Below are positions 1 to 11,112 of a DNA stretch of 64,000 bases, piece by piece; the first letter of the stretch is position 1; each line of letters begins with the position of its first letter. Origin of the DNA: Lytechinus pictus (taxonomy: Eukaryota). The stretch spans positions 30,938,001 to 31,002,000 of the forward strand of contig NC_087245.1 of assembly GCF_037042905.1 (NCBI RefSeq), written 5' to 3'. A program made the position numbers and the translations under genes. Below the pieces are notes generated by a model. That model saw only the letters and a program-made list of their open reading frames with translations. It was not told the DNA's origin and did not search any database.

Positions 1-114
1 TTGAACTAACACTTTAAAATTAACACCGGAATAAAATGACTCGTGTGATCCACTATGTATACCTTTTAACACCACGGTTTTGGTGTGTACAAGGGGGAAG
101 GGGAACACAATTAC

Positions 115-1958
115 CTCACCGATACCGCACATGACCCTGAGAGCAAGAAAGTACGAGGAGCCGAGTTCGGCTGCCATTGGGCTGAGCAGACTAACGACGG
201 CCGAAATGAGCATAGATATTCCCAAAACCCGAGTGCCTCCGATCTTATCCGTCAGCCAGCCTGCAGGTATCTGGGCGACCGTGTACCCGTAGTTAAATCC
301 AGCTAGGATGAGTTCCTGTTCATGGCTAGACCATAAGAACTGCCCCTCATCCTGAAGACACCAAAAGAAACAAGAAAACTGTCATATTAGGTATATCATT
401 AGAGGATGTTCACCGATCTGACCTCCCAGTGGACTTTGCTTTCGTGTCGGATTCTTTCGTTCTTTTTTAAATTGATTCAACTGTTCTTCCTTCCGCAATC
501 AGACTCTAACTGTTCAAAGTTTGCCTTTTTTACATTGATAGCGGTGAAACTTGCACACTCTTAGTCCTCACTTCTAACCCTCCTTAAACTTGAAACGAAT
601 AACAATTCCATATCATCGGTTCCATCGGTAACATCCAAAAAACCCTTACTGGTGTCGGGATTAATAGCCAAAATCACACGAAGAATAAAATGCCGAAAAC
701 TTTAGTCTTTCACATAATTTTTTTAAAGTAAATTTTTAGAAAATGCAACCTATTGATTAAAATGTAAAATGTGTTTATTTAAATCCAGCATGACAAGAAA
801 TATGACCTTTATGTTTACGGCGCCGGTCAAGTCGTGGGCGCGTCGTGGTCTAGCGGTTCTGACTCTTGCCTTTCTAACAGAGGGTCGTGGGTTCGAATCT
901 TAGCCATGGCGTGTTTTCCTTCAGCAAGAAATTTATCCACACTGTGCTGCACTCGACCCAGGTGAGGTGAATGGGTATCCGGTAGGATTAATTCCTTGAA
1001 TGCTTGAGCGCCTTGGCAGCCCAGCTAAAGCCGGGGTAATAATAGCAGGGCCCGCTGGGAGAACAGTTTTCGGAACTGAAATGGCTACCCTGGGTAAATA
1101 TACCGCTATCATTGTTATTATAATAGCTACTAAATATCAGTATTCCTTTCCACATGCTATGATCATTTCACAATCAATTATCAAAACTATGTTAACATAC
1201 CTGGCTATATTGATCTCCATTTGTACTGTTTGGGGACCAGCATGTTTCTACTGTTTGATTCTGCCCCTCTGCTTGCGTTGTAAAGGTGGCGTTCGTCATC
1301 ACTGCAATGGTAACACTGACATTGACGCGCATTGCATACGTCATGCCAGCGCCCAAGAAAGCAAGGAAGAGAACTTCATAACGCTTTGGAAAGTAGCATC
1401 TGCCTGGAAAAAGGATACAAAGTCCATAACCATGAACTGTGCGAGAAATTGCACGAGGATATAGGCAAGCATTTTTAATGAAATAGGGCCTATTAATTTA
1501 GACTTTTACTCTTCACAACAGACCTTTTTTGTATTTTCCTTTGAATATGATACAATGACAACCAAAATAATGTACTTCTTAGAAAACTAAGCAATACCAT
1601 AATAAGTAGAACCATACCCGGCAAAGATAATTGTCCTTAACGGGAAAAAAAAGATGAAAAATGCTGAAGATGTTCATTTCACTCTGTCATAAAACATTAA
1701 CCATGTTAACAAGTCTCAAGATGTCGGATTTAAAAATAAATGTTTACCTGTGATAAACTAATCGCACTCACCTTCAAGTTGTCCTTGAACTTGTTCTTTC
1801 GTATCGTCCAATAGCGGTCTCCTCTCTCCGATATCGAGGCTCTGTTCGGGACCATCGCGACCATTGTCAAAGTACTGTCCCTTGGAGAAGGTTTGGTTGG
1901 CGCGTCCGTGGTCCGATCGAATGTCGACATTAGTTTCACTCGGAGCTTGAGATACCAT
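115..1958 (-). CDS. SLC17 family anion/sialic acid transporter (sialin-like), 5' three coding exons: 1958-1772, 1403-1201, 351-115; gene continues past the left window edge
   Basis: GT-AG exons with matching phases translate to MVSQAPS...ERRPLL...RYEVLFLAFLGAGMTYAMRVNVSVTIAVM...FLWSSHEQELILAGFNYGYTVAQIPAGWLTDKIGGTRVLG...LRVMCGIGE. These carry the SLC17 motifs MRVNxS, GYxxxQIPxG and RxxxGxGE. Confidence 0.92.
836..1122 (+). mobile_element. tRNA-derived SINE in an SLC17 intron
   Basis: A-box TGGTCTAGCGG (846-856), B-box GGTTCGAATC (890-899), a body similar to the SINE at 7803, and an AT-rich tail. Confidence 0.85.
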
Positions 1959-2376
1959 CTTTACAATAATCGATGTTTATTTTCTCCTATTTCTTCCCAT
2001 AGAGGGGAAGATGCTGATTTGCACCAGGGCTGAGCTATCTGATACGTTACTGTATAGTTACAGTATGTGAAAATATGTGCCCTTATAAGACATTTAGCAT
2101 GTTTAGACTAGTCTGCTGGCCGGATCCTGAGGTATTGTCGAGACGCTTCCATTTTGCGGAAAGTATCAACTTGTTTGATAAATCTATTATATTGTGCCAC
2201 ACAGTCACACCGGTAAAGTCGAATCCAGAATGATCAAAGCAATTACATTATTTCCAATGACATATCATATCGGTCGGTTTGGAGTTGTTTCATAGATGTG
2301 GCTGTATGAAGCAGTAGATATTTAAACGAAGAGAGACCAAAGTTGGAAGTTCGTCTATTGGGCAAATGTGTACAGT

Positions 2377-2778
2377 CATGGCACTGGGAGGCGGGGGTGC
2401 TGAGGGTGCTGAAGAACCCCAAAGATTTTCCAGGGGGAGGGGGTGTCGCGTGTGTTATTCTCCATCGGCAGCACCCCCTGGAATTTTGGTAGGTGTGGCA
2501 AAATTGAGAAATTACCTGCATTCTTTTTTTTTTTTTTTTTTGCTTTTCAAATTTCTCGGTACCATGACCTCCATTTTGCAGGGAAACCCTGCACTCTAAA
2601 AACACTGAGTAAAATTTTACCTTATATTGGGTAGAAAGGGATCATGCATGTTTGCTGTGTATTTTTAACCCCATAATGCGCTATTTCAACGCAACGTTGC
2701 ATAAAATTTACATTTTTTTACCCAACCAGCATGCATGTTCCCATTTTACCCAATATTGGATAAATCTTTTTTAGAGTA
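2377..2778. mobile_element. hAT-like MITE (2377-2591) with a CACT-ended MITE (2592-2778) nested at its end
   Basis: The CATGGC.CTGGGA start is shared with copies at 36487 and 38668. The second element has CACTCTAAAA...TTTTAGAGTA ends. Near-TSD TGTACAGT/TGTAGAGT lies outside both. Confidence 0.55.
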
Positions 2779-4657
2779 TGTGTAGAGTCCAAATATTTCT
2801 AATATCATAAATGTGCAGTGTAGTTTGCCTTGTAATAAAATTGTAGCTGCATATTAATCTTATATTTTCAGTTCATTTCTGGCCGAGTTTATTACTGCTA
2901 GTAGGTGTGTTTTTGTTTGTTTGCGTGTGGATATAACTTTCGGGTTTTTCCCGTTTTAGTATATGGCTCAGTTTAGTAAGCACTGTTCGAGGCCTCTTTA
3001 GGGATGATTTTTTTCCCGCAGCAAACATATGCGCATTTGTTTTGGTAGCAGAAAATCATAAATACCTTATACCTGTTTTTAAGTGGACCCCCTCTTTTTC
3101 ATATGCATATGCATATATATATATGTAAATATATAAACTCCTCAAAAAAAGTTCGGAAGTCTGAGTTTGGCCATTAATTTCTCCCAACTCCCATTTTTAC
3201 ACAATGCATCTTTGATATCATTCAAAAGATAATTCAATTTTCTTTAAAATGATACGCTACATGATATGATTATGGTTCACATGGAGGTGCAGTGCCTTGA
3301 AATAAGGGCAAGGTCAAAATTCAAAAGTTGCAAAATGACACAATATTGAAAGTCACTGTTCGTTTTTTCCGTGGTGATGAGTGAGCTTCTCAGCGGTTTC
3401 TTTGTTTTCATGCACCTTAACATCAACATTAATATGGAATCAAACACACCTCTGCACAAGCAAACACATAACAAACAAACAAACAAACATGCATGGGTAT
3501 TTCAAACCACGACTCAAACCATGTCATCTCACAGATCTCCATGTTAATGTTGATGTGACTGTATGTCACGGCGCAATAATGATTGAAAGCAAGAAGAGAT
3601 CAAAGATCTGCAATTATTAATGGAGGTTAAACACAGTATATTGATAACAAAAAATGAAAAATCTTCAATTGTGGGTTTCGTTTCCCATCACATCACCTTC
3701 CTTGCATTCTGACTCTAAATCGCCCACTTATGAAGTGCCTTTCATTTTAGATTTTATCCCCTGGAATTATAAAATCAGGGAGTCAGTAGCATCTACATAG
3801 GATAAGGAAATGATGGTATTGCATGAGACGACCCTCTTGAGTTTCAAGTGAACCCCGCCCCTAATAATAATGATAATAATAGTAATGTTGATGATAACAA
3901 TAGCGATAATACTAAGAATGATGACAATAATAATAATAAAATCATAAGCATAAAAAGTGATAAATTAATGAAAGAGACTGAATAAATAAATGAAATTGAA
4001 AGTTGATCTAATTGATCTGGAATTAATCGTATTTCATTTATTGCTAAATCTCACTGACATACAGTCACATGACTATTTACAGAAAATTAAGTTTCCATCA
4101 ACGTTTACACAATGCTTTACAATAAAGGTATTAGAGGAGGATTGTGTCGTCATATAACTATATGATACCCCTATTTAATTTTGAAAAAATTACGTCATCA
4201 TCAAATACTCTTACACCCCATCTTTCTATCAGAATACAATTGCACTATATACCCCCTAAAGGTTGCACACGCCCAATTACAACAAGAAAGCAAAAATATT
4301 TATTCGACCCGACCTCTCCAATGATTTTTAATTTGATATATCTGATTTACTAAGTGTATGCGTACTAGTCACAATCTGACACTTATTCTAGGAAGGGAAA
4401 TCACTGAACTTTCTTTGCCCAAGTGGGGAAGAAATATCACTTAGCATAAGAACTATTTGACTGACAGAAGAGTCAGGGCTATTTTATTGTTTCAGATTTT
4501 TTCATAGATGTTGATTTATTTCCAAAATGAGGAGGTCAACCTACCCTTTGATGGTCAGATGTGAAATCTCATATATTTTCTGTTCACTGGTGGTCAACAT
4601 ATTTGTCCCCCATATGAACTTTTGTTTACTACACCCACGTCTAGGGGAAAATATTAA

Positions 4658-5255
4658 AGGAAACCAAAACCCAATATACTTGTAGGTGCCGCACTTCATG
4701 GTTGTTAAAATAAACCAAAACCCAAGAAGAGAAGCAATCTTATTGGAAAGAGTAAAATGAGAGGAACAATTTAAACAAGTTTCATCAAAATCTTTATGAA
4801 ATAAGCAAGATATGGAAGTTTGAAAACTCTTTATGGCAAACGTGCTTCAAAATGGCTGATTTTGTTGACATCTCTCCATGATTTGTTTCATTTTCAGATT
4901 TGCCTCATTATCTTTCAAATTGCATCTTGCCTCCTTCTGAGCACAACATATGTCATGGGAAGATATAATTCACACCACATATGTCAAGGTCAGGAGGAGA
5001 TAATATGAAATATGTAAAATAAAGGGGAAAATCTGAAAATTTGTGTACGAAAACAAATGGAGAGTTGTCCACAAAATCGGCCATTTTAAAGCACGTTTGC
5101 CAATTTGAGGATCCCCATAGAAAGTACAACAATACTTTTTAAACGTCCCTAACTTGCTTATTTCATAACCGATTTTAATGAAACTTTTTTTAAATTGTTC
5201 CTCTCATTTTACTATTCCCAATAAGATTGCTTCTCTTCTTGGGTTTTGGTTTATT
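4658..5255. mobile_element. TTAA-flanked non-autonomous DNA transposon (Kolobok-like) with a rearranged left end
   Basis: Inverted repeats of about 120 bp (AAACCAAAACCCAAGAAGAGAAGCAATCTTATTGG / CCAATAAGATTGCTTCTCTTCTTGGGTTTTGGTTT), with TTAA at 4654-4657 and 5256-5259. Confidence 0.7.
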
Positions 5256-5362
5256 TTAACAACCATGAAGTGTGGCACCTACAAGTATTTTACCATAGCT
5301 GGCAGCAGACCGATTGTTCATGAACAAACATTAATCATGGTGACGATAAAGTGGCATCCCTC

Positions 5363-5525
5363 ATACCTTGGTCACATTTGTTCTACGGTGGCCGTACGGC
5401 GAGTCGGAAACAGCCGTTTTGACATTATTGTACCAGCTATATATAGGTGGTTTGAATAAAAATGATTAAAACGGCTGTTTTCTACTCGCCGTACGGCCGC
5501 AGTAGAGCAAATGTGACCAAGGTAT
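5363..5525. mobile_element. Short palindromic MITE; second copy at about 19829-19994
   Basis: TIR ATACCTTGGTCACATTTG / CAAATGTGACCAAGGTAT extending about 55 bp. The core TGTACCAGCTA...GGTGGTTTGAATAAAA is shared with the copy in ADA intron 6. Confidence 0.75.
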
Positions 5526-6830
5526 TAACGAGTGCAAATTTGCAACATGGGTTTATGTTTTCCAAGAGCCAACGAAGTTTAAACTATTTCCATTAAGAGT
5601 CCTGGGGTGAGTTTCATGAAAGACTCATAATTCGAACTCGTCGCTATCTCTATGGAAAGCCGTGGAACTTCGAAGACAACACGCTAGTTGGACAAAATGC
5701 AGACGCATTGAATCTGTTCACTGGCGATTATTGTCCAGCTTGACTTTCCGTACAGATGGCATCGAACTGGAGTTGGACCTCTGAGTTGGATACTTTCATG
5801 AAACGCGCACCTGAAGTGCTCATCGCATTGGAATAGATGTTTCCCGTAATAAAGGAACAGCATTGAGCTCAAATCATGGGTTATCAAATGTTATTAAAAA
5901 GTGGAATACCGTTATAGGCCTGGGCTATTCTAGCCTATAATAGGCTTTCGCAAAGTATAGCGGCAATCCATGCTTTGATAACATTTGATAACCCATCCAG
6001 AAAAATTAATCACAATTTGTAGTTAGGCCCAAAAACTTTTGTTGGTGATCCATACGTTTAAAGAAAAAATAATCACTAAAATTCCTTAAGTTGTGGGAAA
6101 CGCATTGGAAACGTTTAGAATTAGAAATGGCGCAAATTGCGAATTTGTAACTTCTGCAGATACATTTTTATCAACTCTAAGTGTTTCGGATACATATACA
6201 TTACAATGGAAAAAGTAACTATCAATGACAAAAATCATTTTGTCAGTTTAAAGAATCCATAATTATCTAAAGTTTCAGTAATAATATTTCAAATATGTTA
6301 TCAACATGAACTTAGTGAAACACAGAATTTGGCATAATCTTGTTAATGCAGTATAGCAATATCGCACCTAAGTCGAAACCTGTAGGGACATCCATCTTAA
6401 TCGATGGTCCTGGTTTTGTAAAGTGATAAATGATTTTATTCCAGTGTGTTGCAGACTAAAAACAAAATCGTCACTTGCATTCTGTATAATATCAAGGTCA
6501 TTGTACTTATCATCCAATTGAAAATGAGTAATTACTTGACAGTCTTTTTTTATATAGTAGTCCTATGACTTCTTTCAGTAGCTCGTTCACGCAAAATGCT
6601 CATTAAAATCTCTCAAAGCTGCGAAGAGAATGTTTGTTCTGGTTAACCAGAATTATAAATAGATTGTATTTTTTTTATTCAATACAAATCTTTGCACTTT
6701 TTATTAAAAAAGGTAAGGCAGTTAATTTAAATCTCTCTTCTAACAAAATAGTATTGCTAGACAACTGTTTTGGTATCAGACTTCTACATGCGTATTATAA
6801 TTTGTTGATGAGACATAATTTTTAATTCCT

Positions 6831-9471
6831 CTATCTCTTTGGGGTTTCCGTGCCTTTATTGGTGACCATGTTTATGCAGAGCCGAGGGTAGTGCATCTTT
6901 AGAACATCTCTTGCCGATGGTCTTGATTCGTGATCAACTGAAAACATCTGGACTAAGCAATCACAGATGTGGCAGGACTTCTCATACCCCTGGCCGATCT
7001 GTTTCAGGGAATCCAAGAATTCAACCCTGTCTCCCACGCGTAGCTGTAGAAGGGCTTCCCGAGACTTGAGGACACTCTGGTGCATCATTGCCGCCATCTC
7101 GAACAGCATGCAGCCAAATGACCAGACATCTGTTTTTGATCCGTGAGGACCCTCGAAGACCTCTGGTGGAGACCAGTAGAGGGACCAGACGACCGATCTG
7201 GTCCTGGAACGGAACCGATGTAAGTCCTCTATGACAGTCCTAATTCCGATATCGCCAATCCGCAGGTCCATCTGAGGAGTCAGGTACACGTTGCTGGGCT
7301 TCAGATTGGTGTGGGCTATTCCGCTATCATGCAGATAGATTATGGCATGGAGCAGTTGGCCCATCCAGCGTTGCATGTCCGATTCGCACATAGATTGACC
7401 ATTCCTTGACTTCTCCTTGATGAAGCTATCAAGGTCACCGGTGACAAAGTAGTCGGTTGCGATGCACAGGTATACTGCTGCTTCAGTGGAGTCCCAGTGA
7501 ACAAAGGCATCTCGGGGAACGGCGATGTGTCTGTGACGGAGTTTGGTGAATCGCATGACCTCTCGGAGGGCGCGATTAGCTTCCGGGTTATCGTTACATT
7601 CGATCTTTTTCAGAATATATGTCTTTCCATTTGCCCGATGTTTCACCAAGAGCGTGATTCCTTGGGGGCCTTTGGCAAAAGTATCAATGATCTGAAAGTA
7701 TATAAAGGAGATTCATCAAGTAACAGGTCAAAAACCCGAAATGATATCAAAATGGTAATGTGGTTACCATTAAATTGTTTCAAGTCTGAAATGGAAAATA
7801 TCGGAAGCGCCGTGGTGTAGCGGTTCTGACTCTCACCTTGTAATCAGAGGGTCGTGTGTTCGAATCCCACCATGGCCCATCGTCCTTTGGCAAGTCGTCA
7901 ATCCACACTTTGCCACTCTCCCCCAGGTGCTAATTGGGTACCGGTAAGAAACAACCGTCATTGTGGTTGGTTTAGCAAGTGTGCGCCTAACAGGCTGCTT
8001 GAAATGCTATGAATCCAGTGACCGGGTAATAATAATTGTGAAGCGCTTTGAGCAGTCGTAGATTGATAAAGCGCTATATAAATGACAATTATTATTATTC
8101 TATACTGATGGTCGTGGATAATGTAATCTAAAGTGAGCCAGAAAACATGCATTATTTGGCCTACTAGTATAACTAAAAAACGGTTATAGTCATACAAATA
8201 CTATTGTGTGTTCAGTGTCATGCTGTGGGTGCTTAAGCAGGCGAACAGGGTATATGATAAAGGAACCAAAAATCTCAAGTCCTCAACTTCTCATATCTGA
8301 CCAGGTTCGTTACCCATAATGCAACATTCTTAGCAATGGATATAGGCCCATGTGAATAATAACACACTAATACACTACTCAATACATTCACATCGCAATA
8401 ATTACGTTATCAAGTAGCTAAACATGTAATTTTCCTCTAAAAAATAATTTAGTTATATATATTTTCACCACGCAAATAAAAATTTTAGGCTATTTTATTT
8501 TCTGTATTACTTATACTGAAAATGAATTTATCTCAACAGGTACTGTATACTTTACGACAAGCTATTTATAACACACAGTCAATGAGAGATCACGCAAGCT
8601 TGGATCAGTTCGTTCTCCCTTTAAACTGATAAGTTATCCGAGGTTCAGATATTTATTTATGTTTATACTTATTTGTGTCCCCAATGCGATATACTTTTTT
8701 GTTCACTATGTTTTGTATGAAGCGTCTGACAACAATTTTTATGTTTAAGCAATTACATGAAAATAAAATAAATTGATATTGATATTGAAATATTTGACAA
8801 ACGGATTCAAAATTTGAAAAGCCTAAGTATGTTGATTCATATTATTTTGGGGAAATTTTAGTGATAACCCCTGATGCCGCCATCAATTTCAGGCGCAATC
8901 GATCACGATTTGGTTTGGTGTCTGTGTTCAATAAAGGGAAAATTCATCCCCTCCAAATATAATCAATTTCAGTAATGAGATATTATGATCATTAACGGAG
9001 AAACGAGATAAAGCACTATGATTATTTTTTCGGACTTAATTATAAATGTTTGTAGACCCATCAATCCCGAAAATAAAAAAGAAGTACGAAGGGAAAATTC
9101 AGTCACATCTTCATGGTATTATCTGCAATTCGTCTTCTTAACAATGATATCAATATTTTATTAAATAAATTGATTTAGTCAGAATGTTATATCATTTTTG
9201 GAGTTTGTTAATCTATGTGGAATTATTCCTTTATCATGAAATACACAATGACATGGAATACCTTGAAATTATTTATTAAACGAAATGGGAGATTATCTCA
9301 ATCAACCATTACTTAAACTGAATCAATTGTAAATAAATAATATTTTATATTTCGGATTATGAAATAGAGCACTCATCGTTGTTTTATCCATTACTTAATA
9401 TAAACCATTAAATGTAATATATATTTTCAATTTCCCATAGAAAATAGAAAACTCACCATGTATTTCTCCAT
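6831..9471 (-). CDS. STKLD1 (SgK071)-like pseudokinase, 291 aa; exons 9471-9457 (MEKYM) and 7691-6831
   Basis: The ORF has ILKKIEC, LRHRHI, YLCI, HTNLKPSN, DIG, PPE and DVWSFG. The upstream acceptor tttcag at 7692 adds IIDTFAKGPQGITLL, and the mini-exon ATGGAGAAATACATG|gtgagt gives an MEKY start. HxN in place of HRD and the N-terminal pattern match STKLD1 as I recall it. Confidence 0.85.
7803..8099 (+). mobile_element. tRNA-derived SINE with an L2-type 3' tail, in the pseudokinase intron
   Basis: A-box TGGTGTAGCGG, B-box GTTCGAATCC, 3' end AAGCGCTTTGAG...AAAGCGCTATATAAAT followed by (ATT)n. Confidence 0.85.
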
Positions 9472-9799
9472 TACTTTATCGCTAACATCAAACACAAACT
9501 ATGGTATCACACAAGTTGCAACAAATGGCACTGGTACTAAGCAAAAATGTGACGTTAGCAGCAGTTCCAGCATTCCCATCCATCAAAGAATGTTGCCATG
9601 CATCCAAACCTGTCTGACTTGCGCATATATATTAATCTTACTAATTTACTTTTATTATAATGGATGGTTGGGTAAATGAATACAATGCACCTTATTTCCC
9701 ACTCACGTTCGAGAGGAAATCAATTTGATTAAAATATTTTCCCATCAGTCTCTACCATGCCAACGTTATGTTTTATTGATGGGTTCCATTTTGGGTTCG

Positions 9800-9813
9800 G
9801 TTGTCATAGAAAC
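9800..9813. promoter_or_regulatory. Candidate RFX X-box upstream of the pseudokinase
   Basis: GTTGTCATAGAAAC resembles the GTTRYCATRGNAAC consensus and lies about 330 bp upstream of the ATG. Confidence 0.4.
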
Positions 9814-11112
9814 TGTTACGGTCTGGTCGTACATTAAATGTCACGGTGTTCTATAATGGGGTACACTTCACTTTGTCTAGTTGAAATAAACTGGTAATTT
9901 CTTATTAATCGGATGACTAAATTTCCGCATTGATATGTCAAAATTAGATTTTTGAGAGTATAATTGCTTATAACTAAGTTCATTTTTTTTATTATAATAA
10001 TCTTTCCTATTTGTGTGTTCCTCTGATGTATTATATCAAGTTAATTCGCAAATTATGATTCCTAAACAAATTATTTTTTTGTTCAAATAAAGAAGGTGTC
10101 CTTATTGGTGCATTCTCTACGCCATTTTCAATTACTTTGTCCATAAGTAGGAAAAAGACTGCGTAAGTGACCGATCATTAATGCAAAAAATTTTAGTCAA
10201 TTCAGTATCATTGAGACTTTAAATTGGATTAAAAGAGAAAACAGTGAAAATATTATCATAAAATCATAAATTTATGATGTTTTAAAGATATTTATACAGT
10301 CATGAAACAATGATAGGTTACATTATCAACAGTATATGCGATCGAAAGAGTAAACATGTCACACGTTTTCTATTTTCTCCAATAATGAAAAACAAGGTCA
10401 TGTAACATCAAAATTAAAATATTGATGATTAATAATTCATAAATTGTGTAACATCGAAATAAAAATCTCACCTGAATATTGCATAGCAGAACTTTGTCCT
10501 TTATCTATATCAAAGTTTTAACCAGTGAATTACATACACCCTTAAAGGAGTTGGTCCCCCCAAAAATGAACGAAAATAAATTTCTCTGTCTGAAATATAT
10601 TCACCAATACGTTTGTTATTATGAATTCCTTTTAGATAGTGTATTCCTGATTTTTCCATATCATCATAATCATCATTATTCTATCCCTCCCTATATCTCC
10701 TCCTCTATCCCCATCTCCTCCAACTTTCTATCTATATTGCTCATCCCTCACTCTATATACCCTTCTCATTCCCCTCTCTCTCTCTTCCCCTTCTATATAT
10801 CTCTCTCCCTCTCTCACACTCACTGATTCTCTTTCGCTCATGAGCTCCCTTCTAATCTTCCTCTCGTTCTATATCCCTGCCCTCTCTATTTATATTCCCG
10901 TCCCCAAATCGCCTCCCTTCTTATCCTTCGGAAGAAGACACCACACACACAACATATCATGCAGGAAGCAGTATTGACATGCTTTAACGGAAGATCAATA
11001 TCCCATTCAATTTGTGTGTTTCCTTTCCGTGTGCGAACACACACACCCACACCCATCCGCCCTTATGCACGCACTCGCAGGTAGCATTCTTACACTCAAG
11101 AGACTACTTATA

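Noticed and set aside
836-910. tRNA genes at 836, 7803 and 20572
   Set aside because: They have A/B boxes but no clean cloverleaf and continue into SINE bodies and tails, so they are SINE heads.
6831-7649. Active NEK-family kinase
   Set aside because: The catalytic Asp is replaced (HTN) and the N-terminal pattern fits STKLD1 better.
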